Assembly: GCF_006345805.1 (NCBI RefSeq)
Contig: NC_043014.1
Coordinates: 22,568,001-22,632,000 of the forward strand
Reading direction: 5' to 3'
DNA from: Octopus sinensis
Taxonomy: Eukaryota
Length of the DNA stretch: 64,000 bases
The position numbers and the translations under genes are program-made. Shown here one piece after another: positions 1 to 13,819 of the stretch. The notes beneath the pieces were generated by a model that saw only the letters and a program-made list of their open reading frames with translations, was not told where the DNA came from and made no database searches. Within the stretch, counting starts at the first letter, position 1; every line of letters starts with the position of its first letter.

Positions 1-3000
1 TGAGAGAGAAGAAGGCTTTATTTACAATTGTACAAAGAGTGGGTGTGAATGTTAGCAAAGTGTTGTGTCTGAATGCATGCGACAAATGTTTGTGTCTGTG
101 TGTTCATGTATGCGACAAATGTTTGTGTCTGTGTGTTCATGTATGCGACAGAGGTGTATGCGTATAACACAGAATACAGAGCATAAGATATGTTTCTCAG
201 CAAATTAAGTTAAAAATGGAATTTGAGGTACACAATAGCAAGTTCTATAACAAGATGTTGTGGACACGAGGCAGAGGCTGGTTGGGCACATGTTGTGCAG
301 TGGTTTGTGGCTTCAATGCCATGCTGAGTCTCTTGATACAGAAAGTTCTTTCAGGTAGACTGCAACTGTTTTACCTTGGTGAAATATTCACAAACAGCAT
401 GGAGTTTAAACCTGGATGATGTTGATGTGTACATATTTGAAGTTGACGGTGGTAATGATGATGGTGATGGAGACGTCCTATGCTGCTGGTGTACAGTAGT
501 GTTGTCATGGCTGAAGCAGGAGCATGGCTGGCTGGCTGGTCATCTGTCGATGGAACTGGAACATGGCTGAGTAGCTCAGTGGTCAGAGACTAGACCTTAG
601 AAGGTCTAGAGCCAAAGACCTGGAATAGTGAATGCTGGCATCTTATAAAGCCTGTGGTAGGCTCAAATGAAGCAGACCTTATCTGAAGGCCGTGATTGGT
701 TGGCTCACACACTGGCGCGAAACAAATCGAAAGACAAATTGCACCAAATGCCAACCAATCAGAACAGTGGACACAACAGGGTCAAACTAGCCAAAGATGG
801 TTGTTATCTACCACGAGATTATTCTTAATGTGTCTCTCAAACAGTGAGGATATCAGTTACGCTACATATGTAAGCTTTTATGTATATGTATATGTATATG
901 TGCCTATGCCCATGTACATGTGTATGTATATGTATGCGTATATGCAGACATATGTATCTTGTTATACATTTATCTACTTATTATTGAGGCTTTTACTTTT
1001 TCTTAGTTGTCTCTCTTCCATCTAACTCGTTTATAACTTGCCCTTCATAACACACATTCATGCTATTACTCTATGCTACTGTTATTCATATCTCTATCAT
1101 CCTTATTTTGTCATTGATGCTTGTAATTCTCATACCTCTATTGCTCATTTCCCAGTTACTCTCTCCTCACTATCATTGTAGTATGCTGATGATGTTATTA
1201 AGGATAATAATGGGTGTCTTCAGTTCACCTTACATTGCTTCCAGTGTAACCCAGGGATTCTTTATTCAATGCGTCCTTCTACACAACTAATCTTTCTCAC
1301 TGATTGAAACCCTTTCACTTCATATCCATCCTTCATCTTCTCCACCACCATATGTCTCTCACTCTCACCATGCACTTTCTCCCACCACACTCTTGCAACC
1401 TACCCCGGTACATGTCATCACTCTCTTATCCTTCTCCTGTCTGCTATATCATACATCCATACACTCTGGCAACCACCTCTTGCAACCATCCACACACTTA
1501 GTTCTTCTGTCCCCATTTGCATTTATCCATATTATACTTAGTGGTTCCATCCAGACACCTTTTCACCACAATTTTTATCTCTTTCTAGCTCTGCCATGAT
1601 AACTCTACCAAACCTTTCTTCTAAAATGTAGCTATGTAACCCCTTCACAGTAGTAAACCTGTTCTATTCTGGGCCTTTCTTTCATACTTTAACCCTTTCA
1701 TTTCCTAGCATAAAGCCCCCTTTCTTGGGGTTTGTAATCATGCAAGCTGCATGGCAACCTCACTAATATGAGAAATTTACTGGCATGAAAAAAGCACCCA
1801 CTACATACTGTAAAGTGGTTGACATTAGGAAGGGCATGCAGCCATAGAAACCATGCCAAACTAGACAGTGGAGCATGATGAAGTCTTTGGATCTATCAGA
1901 TCCTGTCAACCTGTCCAACATGGGACATGAACATTAAATGATATGTATATGTGTGTGTATATATATACATACATATGCCTATAAGAAGGGGAGAAAATTA
2001 CAAAAGTTTAGAATCCTCCAACTTTTGACATGCCATTAAGGAAAAGGGCTGGTTTGTTGTCTGGAGATAAAAAGAACAGTCGTATATGCATGTTTTGCCA
2101 CATTAGGCATCAGTAGTACACATGAAAATCCTCTTCTCTCTAGAAAATAAACCTGTTTTTTCCTTAATGGTGTGTCAATTTGATCCTTGATCTTCCTTCT
2201 CCATCTGAAGCTGGCCTCAATATGTCTCTGTTGAATACTTCCCCACAATATTTCCTCCTAGTGCCAACTTATAACATTCTCTCCATCTCCATCTCCCACA
2301 CTCCTTTTGCAACCGTGTGAGCTCACCCTCTCCACCCTCTCCAATCCTCAGTCCATATAACTATATACACCTCCCTATAACTTGGTTGTATGTCTCCTGT
2401 CCCCTCCCTGTCACATCTTCAATAGATTCTCTCTCCATCCAAGGTAGCATTATTTCTCTTCTAATGCAAGATACCTTTCTGTACAACAATACTCCCCACC
2501 CTCACCTTACTGCTATTGTTGCTCATGCTATGTAAAAAGCACCCATTACACTCTGTAAAGTGGTTGTCATTAGGAAGGATATCCAGCCATAGAAAACCAT
2601 GTGAAAATCAAACAGCAGGGCTTGGTGCAGTCTTCTGACTGGCCAGTTCCGGTCAAACTATCCAACCCATGCCAGCATGGAAAACAGTCATTGAATGATG
2701 ATGAAAGTTCTCTGAAATTAAACTGATTAAGGAAAAAGATATTAATTAGTAAATTGGTAGAAATAACTGAGGAATCGATAATTCTTTCTGTGTTTAAATA
2801 TGTTCCTCTAAGCTGTGGGGACTCATAAACAGAAAGTTGTTTCAAGTGAATGCTATCCTACCCTTAAAATGGGTAGTTTTCTTTTTTTTATATTCTTATA
2901 TAAATATAATAGAAACATCAAAGATTAAACTTATTTTCCACCATGCCTCAAGAAGCCTATGTGAGGTTTCTCTGCTGCACATGATATGTCAGTTCACTTC

Positions 3001-4770
3001 ATCATCATCTCACTTCACAAGACACTACACATGACATACCACAATGCATTACCTAAAACTATATGAGCCAAAAAGCTGAAAAGTTTGATGCAGATGCACA
3101 ATCTGCAAGAAATAGCAGTCAAATTTTCTCCAAACCCACTCTATCAACTTTCAACAGAGAGGTCACCTTGTTTAATCACCCTGATATACAGAAAGATGAG
3201 ATGGTCATAGCTTGAACACCTTTGATCAAAGATAAACTCAATCAAGGTTGACTCTAAATTAATTAACAACTCACCATACCACAACATAACACCACAATTA
3301 TATACCACACTGCAACATCACCACACCACAATATACAGCACAACATACACCAAACCATAATGGACACTACAACAAATACTGTTCAGGATACATCATCATC
3401 ATCATTATCATCATCATTTAGAGTCCATTTTCCATGTTGGCATGGGTAAAATGATTTGACTGGAGCTGGTAAGTCAGAGAGCTGTACCAGGCTCCAGTCT
3501 GTTTTGGCTTCTGCAGCTGGATGCCTTTCCTAATATCAAACCACTCGACAGAGTATACTGGGTGATTTCTACATGTCAGTCACATGAATGGTTTTCATGC
3601 ATCACCAGCACTGGCCATGACCACACTTTCACTTAGCTTGGCATGTCTTCTCAAGCACAGCAAATCACCATATATGATGGTGGTTTCTCATAGTTCAAGG
3701 AAGAGAGTTCTGCAATTTTTTGCTGAACAACCTGCACAAATGATTTGCTTATTGTGATCAAATGTTTGTGCTGCACATTGTTAATTCACTCTCTCCATTA
3801 AATTGATGTTGCTTGAATAGGTGCACAGTGTATCACACATCAGGTGTTGAAGTGATTGCAAAGCAATGTGAGATGAAGTGTTTTGCTTGAGAACACAGCG
3901 CACCACCCAGTCCAGGAACTGAAACCATAATCTTGTGATTATAAGTGTAACATTTTGGACATTAGGCCATGTGCCCTTGACCAGGATACCATTATACAAT
4001 AACATACACCACAACACACACTGCACTATAACTCAGCATTACGTTATAATCATACTACACAACATCATCATACCACAACACATTCAACAACACACCACAT
4101 CACAACACCACACCACAACATACAAAGCAGCATCCCACTACAACATACAGCTTGACATCACACCCCAGTTCACACCACTATACACTAAAATATGCATCAT
4201 ACAATAATTTACAAAACTGTACTGCATCTCCACCATACACACAGACATACTACTACATACACTACAATGTATACTATAACATACACCATGCCACAATATA
4301 TGGTATTACACTGCACTCTTACAATACTTTGCAAAACACATCAACCACATCACATCCCTCAACACAATGTACGGTAGTACATCACAACATGCTCACCACA
4401 ACATATACCAACAGTACATCACACCATTAAATGAAGGAGCTTCTATATGGTCACTTCATCTTCTAGAAATAGTTGCTAGATTCCTCTCAAACCATACAGT
4501 ACCATCTCAAAAAAGGAAGGCTGCAATTTGGAAGTTGGGTCCTGATGCATTGTTTGAAAATAAGATGGTTGGTTCTGGCTGTAGCCCTTTCATCATAGGT
4601 TTATTCAGTTAGGGTTGACCTGGTGTTAAACAATATTAATGTTGCATCAAATATTACAACTGAGATCCCCTCCTACTTGTTGAGAAAAAAACGACACATT
4701 GGAAAGTAAATGTCATCCAAAACATAAAACTAAATAAAAAAGAATGTTATGAATGGAATGTTTTTTCACC

Positions 4771-4990
4771 TTAACCCTTTAGCATTCAGATTCCTTTATC
4801 AAATGTAATGCTTATTTATTCACATTGTTTGAATTAATCATACATTACCTTGTACCTTCAAGATTTCATTAGTGTGTTCATATATTAGTGTGTTCATGAC
4901 ATTGTAGGGTAGGTGTGAAAGGTTGTATCTGGTCAGTTTTAACACAAAACAGATAGCATTTAAACTGACCATGTCTGGCATAAATATTCT
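4771..4990. mobile_element. piggyBac-like MITE fragment (TTAA-CCCTTTAGCATT terminus)
   Basis: ttaaccctttagcattcagatt start; related copies at ~28270-28480 and ~35170-35400 (the latter ends gatgctaaagggttaa). Confidence 0.5.
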
Positions 4991-5389
4991 AAAGTATTGA
5001 ATCTGCTGGATCAGGGTTGACTGGAGAGCTGGGGTACTAAATAACAACATCAAGAGAGTGATGTAAGAACTAAAATTCATGATTAAATATGATACTGGCA
5101 TAGTTATGTGGTAAGATGTTTCCTTTTCAGTCACATGGTTTTGGGTTCAGTCCCACTGCATAGCACCTTGAGTCTCAGGCCAATCAATGCCCAGTGAATG
5201 AATTTGTCAATGGAAATTGCATGGAAACCCACCATGTATATTTAGGAGCTCTGGTGGGATGGTATCCACTCCTGAGTATTTTCTATCTTTGAGCATGTGT
5301 ACAGCCTCTTTGACTTCTTCCTGAAGAATTGAAGTATCCCCAAGTTCACTAGTTCCCATCTAGTTCTGTAGCATGCCAACAGATGACAG

Positions 5390-6260
5390 CACACAATTGC
5401 GTACACAGGGAGAGCTAGCAGGAACATTCACAAGGTAGTGTGCTAAGTGACATTGCTGTGTTTACTTCACAAGTTGTGAAATTTGTATTTTTATGATCAT
5501 ATGTATGCTGTAGTCTGTGATTTTGTCTTGGACAGGAACAAAGAGCCAACGTGAAATTTTGCGTTAAACTTGGGAAGTCTGCAACAGGGACATTGAACAT
5601 GCTTTGGAAAAGCTTAGAGTGATGAAGCAATGAGTCATACACAATGTTTTCAGTTGTGCAGGTGCTTCAAAAGCAGAAGAACATCCCTGGAAGTCAATGA
5701 GTGATCTGGAAGACCTGCAACAAGCTTCACCCCTGGAAATGTGGTATGGTGCATCAAGAATTCATCCTCCAGGACCAGATCATCAATTGAGAGTTCTACT
5801 GTGATGTTTTGAAGTGTTTGAAGGAGGACATTCTATGAAAGCAACCAGATCTGTGGAGCGCAAAGAATTGGATTCTTCACAAGGACAATACGCCCTGTCA
5901 CCGAGCTCTCCTCACCTTGTGAGTTTCTTGCCAATAACAACACAGTATCACTTCCACATCTACCCTATTTAGCCAGATTTAGCTCCTGCGGACTTCCATC
6001 ACTTCCCTAAGATGAAAATGCAGCTCAAAGATCACTGTTTTAACACCATTGTCAAGATCCAGAATGAATCATATAAGCTCCTTGACTCACTTACAGAAAA
6101 CAACTTCTAGGCTAGATTCCAAAAGTAGCAGGAATGTCAGGACAGGTGTATTGCTGCATCAGGTGACTATTTCAAAAGAGACGAGATTAAAACTTAGGTA
6201 AATAAATTATTTCTTATTAAACAGGACTAGTACCAGAACATTTTGATACCACCTCATATG
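5390..6260 (+). mobile_element. Degenerate, internally deleted mariner transposon
   Basis: NVKFCVKLGKSAT N-terminal motif (~5548), decayed WILHxDN and YSPDLAP-like motifs (~5870-6010), 3' TIR-like ttttgataccacctcata. Confidence 0.75.
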
Positions 6261-7055
6261 TGTGGATATATATATATATTGTGCCAGTACCATAGTAAAG
6301 GCACCCAGCTTACACTGGCATTAGGAAGGGCACTCAGCCATAGAAACCAAGCCAAATCATATTGGAGCCTGGTGCAATTCCCTGGCTTGCTAGCTTTTGT
6401 CAAACCATCCAAACTATACCAGTGTAGAAAATGGACATTAAAGATGATGATGCTGATAATTGCAACACATTTTTTCTCTCTCTCTCCAATTTTTTTCTTC
6501 TCAGTCAAAGAGCGTAGGCTTGAAACGGCAAAGCTATTTCCGTTCTTTCAGAGTGTCAAACTAATACACCTGCTTGTTGTTCTCTCACCTGTCTTTATAG
6601 TTTATTTTCTGTACATTTAAACTCACAGAGACAATGTGGCTGATGTCAGTCTCATGTAACTAGCTCCTGTGCCAATGGCATGTAAAAAGCACTTTTTGAG
6701 CATTGGGCCTCACAGAGGCAATAACAAATGGCCAAGACCTTTGACAATATGCTATGCTTGAGAAGAAAACCCATCAAGCCAAGTGAAATTGTAGTCATGG
6801 CAGATACTGGTGTCACAAAACTGGCACCCATGCCAGTGGCATGTAAAAGTAACCATTACACTCTAGGAGCTGTTGGCGTTAAGAAAGACATCCAGCTATA
6901 GAAACTATGCAAAGTCAGATTGGACTCTGGTGTAACCCCTCAGCGTACCAGCTCTGGTCAAACCATCCAAACCATGCCAGCCTGGACAATCAATGTTAAA
7001 TGATGATGATGATATACATACATATAAATATATATATATGTATGTATGTATGTAA

Positions 7056-7089
<34 letters not shown>

Positions 7090-7095
<6 letters not shown>

Positions 7096-10000
7096 CTTTC
7101 AAACAACAATCAGTAATTCAATCCTCAATAGAAAATCTGGACGCAATCCTCAAGGCATCCTACATACAAATCAAAGATTCCATCGAAACCTCCAGACTAA
7201 CCTAAATTTTGGGGAACCAATTCCTACCAGGAAGAACTTACCTCTGAGACTTTACCCCCATCATGGCTACCTCAACTAGTCAACTAGACAAAACCTGACT
7301 AGACAACATAACCTCTCCCTCCACCCATATTACAATATTAAAAATCAATTTAACCCAAACCACATCAGCCACAGACGATATAACAACCCTCAGTACAACC
7401 ATAATCCAGTACACTACACAGCCACTCCACCACAAACACACTTTACACCCATTTTTTCCTCAGCAAACCAAACAAAATACAGACCTTCCACATTAATCCA
7501 CCTACTACAACCATTTTTTAGACCTAAATCAGAGAAACAGAGATGTGAAATGGAACAAAATACACACGAACAACTGAAAATAATCAACCTATCAAAGAAA
7601 ATCCTGACTATTACACAAACCAAAATTCTAGCAAGAGGTTTAAAATTTACTCCAGATTGGATCCAAATGAAATTAAGGACAATACTATGGATTTCTGCCG
7701 AAAATTACGCCTCACAGAAGCACTTCACAACTACACCAGCGAAAATGACTCAATAGTAAAAAACAAAAGTGAATACTGGCCTACAAAAGGCAGAAATAAA
7801 CCACTAGATGTTTTTTCTGAACACATAACCTGTTTTCCTTTTAATACCCTACAAAAACAACAAATTAATTCCAACCTTAATATAAATGAATGGAAAGATC
7901 TTGTCGAGTTAAAAAATGATATAAACCTCACTATTAAAGAAGCCGACAAAGGAAGTGCAGTAGTGGTGATGGACACAGAGTACTACAAAAATTTAATACT
8001 TTCCATGTTGTAAAATAATATTTACTATGAGAAGTTAAAACAATACAACCCACAGAAAACACTGAAAAACTTATCCTCCTTACTTCAATTTCATGGAAAG
8101 GGTCTCACTAAACATGAAATAAACTATTTATCCAATTTTAAATACAGTCTTAGTCTATTCTATGGATTCCCCAAAATACATAAAAATCCACGTATTTGTA
8201 AAGCCTGCAAAGTTTCTACAAGCCTAATTAATGTCCCTCCCCCTACTGACCTCAAACTGAGACCCATCATAGCTGGCCCTCTTTGTGAAACTCACCATTT
8301 GAGCAACTTCCTCAACATCTTACTCAAACCGTTTTTAAAATATGTGAAAAGCTTTATCAGGGATGACTTAGACATGCTGAATCACCTCCTGAAGACAGTA
8401 AAGGAGGAACCCTGCTAGTATCTTTCGATGTGGTGAATTTGTACACCAATATCTCACATGACAATGGTATAGAAGCAATCACCTTCTGGCTAGAAAAATA
8501 CCCAGAAGAGATCCCAGGACGCATTAACCACAGTTTCATAATCGAAGCACTCAAATTCACCCTGCTGAACAATTATTTCATGTTCGATACAACTTACTAT
8601 CAACAAAAATGTGGAATTGCAATGGGAACCAGAGCTGCTCCAGTAATTGCAAACCTTGTAATGGGCTACCTAGAACTCAAGTTATACCAATCATCACTAG
8701 AAAAATATGGCACCTCATTTAATTGCTATTTAAAGGAGAACTGGAAGAGGTATTTGGATGATTGCTTCATACTTTGGAAAGACAGCATGGATAAACTCCT
8801 TGATTTCAAAATAATGCTTAACAACATTAATAGCAACATACAATTCCCCATGGAACACAACAGTAAACAACTCCCTTTTCTTGACATCCTAATTAAAATA
8901 GTTAACCACATCGAAACAGACATCTTTTATAAACCCACTGATTCTAAACAATACCTATTATTTAACTCTTGCCACCCCAAACACATAAAAATTAATATAC
9001 ATTTTAATCTAGCGAAAAGAATCTGTACCATAGTTTCGGATACCCATACTCATGAACAAAGACTCCTTGAACTTAGAATCAACACTAATTAAAAGACATT
9101 ACCCAATCTCATTAATAAATGATGGCATTAAACGAGCTAAGGAAATAGATATACAAATATTAAGGGAAGCCATCCGAAATACTAAACCAGACTTCAAAAT
9201 ACTCCCGTACATTTCCACACATAACCCTAGAAACAACGAAGCCTTCAACATTATCACCCAAAATCTTCCCATCCTCACAGGAGACAAAACAATGAACGAA
9301 ATTTTAAGCTCATACAAAATTATAAAAAGGAAAATGCAACCGAAGTCACTAAAAAAATATTAACACTGACAACAGAGCCAAAAGTGAAAAAATGTGGTCG
9401 TCCTAACTGTGGAACATGCCCCTACCTTTTGGAGGGTTCAGAATTCCACTTTAAACAAGGTGAAATATTTAAGATCAAATCAAATTTCACCTGTGCCTCA
9501 GAAAATCTAATCTATGCCATGACATGCTTAGGATGTGGTAACAACTATATTGGACAAACAGGAATATCACTCCGTCGAAGAACCACTATCCACAAAGAAC
9601 AAATCTGCCACCCACAATACAGACAGTTACAGGTAAATGAACACATAGAAAGGTGTGCTAGGAATCTTAATCCTAATTTCCAAATTTTCCCCTTCTATCA
9701 ATGTTCACAGAACACCTCAATGCAACAAAGAATGAATAAAGAGGCAACTTCCATCAATAAATATCTTCCCCAACTAAATATGAACACATAACATAATACA
9801 GAACACTACTAACCCTTCATTTAATACCACTAACCCCATACATCCCTTACACCATTCTCATTACAATTCTATATCTAACCTAATTGCACAAAATCCAGAA
9901 CTACTTACCTCCCTTACAAATAACCTTTTTGCTCAGGAACTATTAGACCTGACACCATTCATTAGCCAGTGTTCATTCAAAGCAATGTATAGTATCTCAC

Positions 10001-10230
10001 GAAACTGCGGTATGTTTGAATCTCTTTAATAATCTCATAATAATGACTTTTATGACTTTTATTACTTTTATTCCTACCTCAGTTCATCTAATTGTATATA
10101 TCTGTTGTTACCTTTCATAAAAAGCCTTTACTTCTTTTATTTACAATGTGCATTTTCGTTGATTTTTCTTACTTTCCCCTTACATTACCACGTGTAGTTT
10201 CCATTTTCTTTTTATAACATATTTCTGTTA
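7090..10230 (+). mobile_element. Penelope-like retroelement (RT + Cys-rich linker + GIY-YIG, Neptune-like), frameshifted
   Basis: ORF pieces 7657-8013 (IKEADKGSAVVVMD), 8430-9092 (QKCGIAMGTRAAPVIANL, RYLDDCF, PFLDI, FYKPTDS), 9384-9791 (CGRPNCGTC, NLIYAMTC..C..NYIGQTG); starts right after a (TA)n tract. Confidence 0.93.
9976..10020 (+). ncRNA. Degenerate minimal hammerhead ribozyme in PLE 3' region
   Basis: ttcaaa(g)ca-[atgtata, decayed core]-gt atctc ac-GAAA-ctgcgg-TA-tgtttgaa; helix I and GAAA/GUA retained, CUGANGA core decayed. Confidence 0.45.
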
Positions 10231-10843
10231 TATATATGAAATACAAAAATGAGACAAGAATGCAAAACATCCAGACAGTTAGGTGAAACAAAAAAAGGAA
10301 AATAAAATATCCAGATAGACGATACAAGGAAAACAAGGATGGATCATTCAGTTTTCTATCCTCAGGCGAGTTCCAGATTATCTTTGCAATTGCTCCAATC
10401 TGGCCAGCCCCAAGGAAAAATAGAGCATTACATTCCTTGAAAGAAAGCAGCGAATGTATATGAAAACAAGGACGGAAAAAACCTCAGAAATGTTACACAA
10501 ATATAAATAACAGGACATAACAACCGGTGTATTTTGACTAAGGACAAATTGAATTAAGCTGGCATGTGTGGAAGTGAAGCTTTACTGCAGGGACATAACA
10601 TTTAACAAGCACAGGAAGGAATATACATTGAAATTTATAACCTGGTAGAGAACTCAATATATATATACTTCAAAACAAAGTGTTGGTCAAGTACACTTCA
10701 TATTCAAGGCTCCAATGAAGCTAGATGATGTTACTCAGGCACTTAACTGTAAGTCCACTGCACCTTACAGCAGAAACATCTGTAAGTCATGGAAGTTCAT
10801 AAGATAATCATTTATTCCTTTGTCACCTCATTTTCTTTTATAC

Positions 10844-10883
<40 letters not shown>

Positions 10884-10988
10884 TTTTGTGTCTGTTCCCC
10901 CACCACTATTTGATAACAGTGACACTGTGACCAGCAGTGTCAAATGGACGCCTGACGGACTGGTTGGTCAAGGTGATGTATATATATA

Positions 10989-11030
<42 letters not shown>

Positions 11031-11063
11031 TAAGAAAGTTTGTTTGGTAAAGCACGTGGGTGA

Positions 11064-11464
11064 ATATATAAGAAAATAGTAAAGTGTGAAAAAACGACAG
11101 AAGGCTTAAATGTTAAAAAATATATATATTTGTGTCAAAATGTCTGGAGAATATTGGAAAAATTTTTTTTTTTTTTTTTTCCCTTTCCTTAAAATGACAT
11201 AATTTTAAAATTTTTTAAAGAAATTACCGGTTTCGCGTGTAGCTTTTCAAATTTCTTGTGACGAACGTCACAAGAAATTTGAAAAGCTACACGCGAAACC
11301 GGTAATTTCTTTAAAAAATTTTAAAATTATGTCATTTTAAGGAAAGGGAAAAAAAAAAAAAAAAAAAAAAAAAATTTTTCCAATATTCTCCAGACATTTT
11401 GACACAAATATATATATTTTTTAACATTTAAGCCTTCTGTCGTTTTTTCACACTTTACTATTTT

Positions 11465-11473
<9 letters not shown>
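11064..11473. repeat. Near-perfect ~200-bp-arm fold-back palindrome between (TA)n tracts
   Basis: Arms are reverse complements apart from poly-T/A length; apex gtgacg-aa-cgtcac at 11258-11271. Confidence 0.95.
11272..11311 (+). ncRNA. Minimal type-I hammerhead, U3-A8 core variant (mirror copy on - strand ~11218-11257)
   Basis: aagaaat-TTGAAAA-gc tacac gc-GAAA-ccgg-TA-atttctt: 7-bp helix I, 2-bp helix II, palindromic ACCGGT helix III, GUA site. Confidence 0.7.
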
Positions 11474-11512
<39 letters not shown>

Positions 11513-11642
11513 TGTTAAAAGGTTGGGAGATGATGTACAGGTATTTTATATTAGAAGAAATGAGGTACTCAGAAATTCGGATGGTTTTATATTTACAAAT
11601 ATTTACATGCTTTTATACATCATATATTATATATCATATATC

Positions 11643-11721
11643 AGCGCTTTCGTCCATTCTAGTGGAGTTTTCAAATTGAACTGTTCAAGTAGAAAACTCC
11701 ACTAGAATGGACGAAAGCGCT
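11643..11721. repeat. 30-bp-arm inverted repeat carrying a hammerhead-like motif
   Basis: agcgctttcgtccattctagtggagttttc / gaaaactccactagaatggacgaaagcgct; motif TTGAAAA-c tcca ctagaa tgga c-GAAA-gcgc-T. Confidence 0.6.
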
Positions 11722-11896
11722 AATATATTCTTGACTGTTGTTGGTGGTGATGTAGGTGGCTGCTGAGGGTTTGTTTTGAAGAAGGAGGGTAGTATGAGTT
11801 GTTGTTGTCTTTATTGTTGTTGCTGCTGCTACTGATGTCTTATTGCTGTTATTGTTGTTAGTTAATGGTGGTGTAGTTAGTGATGTATTCAATGTT

Positions 11897-11928
<32 letters not shown>

Positions 11929-12099
11929 ACACATGCGCGCACACACACCTACATGTCTTAGATGGACATTTCAATTGTGTGGGAGTATCTGATAGGAGAG
12001 GGGGGATGCAAAAGCCTCACAAACCTGCTCAGATGTTTTCAATTGTCTGACAGGTACTGACTAGATTACCTGAATGTGCCAATGTGGACTTCGACAAAT

Positions 12100-13000
12100 C
12101 ACATCGGATCAACTAGATTGTATTTAGATAGAGTATTCTGTAGGCCAGCAGATAAAGATAGCATAGGTTGTCCATAATTTCACTTAGTCGGCTACATAGA
12201 CCACAAATTCATGATCTGTACGGTCCTGGTTACTGAAAGCTAAATATGTCATTACTGGCAAGCTTACAGAGACCAGATTAGCATTTTAGTTGATGGGCAC
12301 AGTCATCAACAACAACTGGTGGTTTGCTCTTAAAAGGGCAGTTAGAGTAGAATCAATTAGGTTTAGCAAGGCTTTAGCAGTAGAGAGAAATAGAATAGAG
12401 GGAGATTTCCTTAGAAATTTTCGATGAGGCGCTTAGGACAGGCATTGCAACTGACGTGTTGGCAGTGAGGTTGGCCCTCAATCAATTTTTCAATGTCAAG
12501 CACAAAGGCTGCATTGTTCACTAAGCAGGGAGTAAATGAAAGCCACCTGATGAGCCTGAGTAGCAGTGACAAAACATGACAACAAAGCCACTAGTTGGTC
12601 TTTGGTGGACCAGACCGGATGCGAGGTGTTCGAACTAAAACAGATGTGTGTGGCCTTTCAGCAGCATTTTGCTCGACTGTTCAGGATGAATGGTAGGACA
12701 GATAACAGGGCAGACTTTGGTGTCTACCTGGACAGCCTGCCACCACTCAGTGAGTGAAGCAGAGTGTTGCAAAAGGCCAATAACAGCTGCAGAGATACAG
12801 GAGGTGATGAAGAGCTGCACAAGAGACAGATCGCTGGGTTTAGATGGTCTGCTCTACAAGCTTTATATTTCAATGCCAGACTTGTTGGTGGGCCTCTTAG
12901 CAGACATCTACTGCAACTGGCAACGGAATGGGAGAATTCCCACTTTTGTCTGTCGATGGGTGGTGACACTGCTGAGAAAAGACCCAAACAAGAGTGGAAT
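12100..13000 (+). pseudogene. Degenerate L1/Tx1 ORF2 fragment
   Basis: ORF 12690-13019 SEAECCKRPITAAEIQEVM..SLGLDGLLYKLY..NWQRNGRIP..VVTLLRKDPNK parallels ORF 44538-46502. Confidence 0.85.
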
Positions 13001-13819
13001 TTGGTCATTCCATGTCTGATATTTTTTGGCCATAATTTCCACAGAGCACCCAATGGATAATTTTTGCCACATTGTCATGTCTTTTGTATTCACATTACGT
13101 CAATTTTGGGCATTCACTAACAATGTGCCACACTATTTTACCCCTCTCACCACACATTCTGCATTTGTCACTCTCGGTTGTTTTATCAATACTGCACTTC
13201 ATATAGTTTGTTATCAATGCCTGTTCTTGTCATTTCTTCTTTTGAGTTTTTTTTTGTTCTTTAAATTTTTCTTAACACAAGTTTCTTTCTTAACATCAGT
13301 TTTGATGATGCCAGACTTCTTTGTATGCATCAATAATGATTCCATGACATTTTTACACACTGTTTTCCTCTGATTCAGCACAATCCTGACAATTGATCAA
13401 ACCTCTCCCATCCTTTTTTTCTTGAAAAATACAACTGATCAGTGTCACTCTTGGGATGGAATACTCCATACAATGTCAATAATTTCCGTGTCTTCATATC
13501 TATACTCATTAGTTCATTCTTTTGCTAGCTTACAATTCCAGCTCCATACCAAAGTAATGCTATCACCTACGTATTTACTGTTTTGTCAGCATCATTATTA
13601 TTATTACATTTAACTTCTGTGGTATGAAGATGTTACCAAATGAAATTTTTATTGGATACTTGTAAAAACGACTACAGCTGTCTAAATGCCCTCAAAAGCC
13701 TCATATTATGCTCTACAACTAAATACTACAATGATACCGTCTCACCCCAAACAACACAAATCGAGGCACACAGCTGAATGTACAGGAAGAAGAAAATGAA
13801 CAAACAGTATAGTGAACAA

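Noticed and set aside
2075-2125. Hammerhead-like motif on - strand (ctgat-gcc taatgt ggc-aaaa-catgcata-ta)
   Set aside because: Core lacks GA and G12, and helix I does not pair; at best a heavily decayed relic.
3250-4430. His/Thr-rich ORFs
   Set aside because: Degenerate (CACAA)n-like low-complexity sequence.
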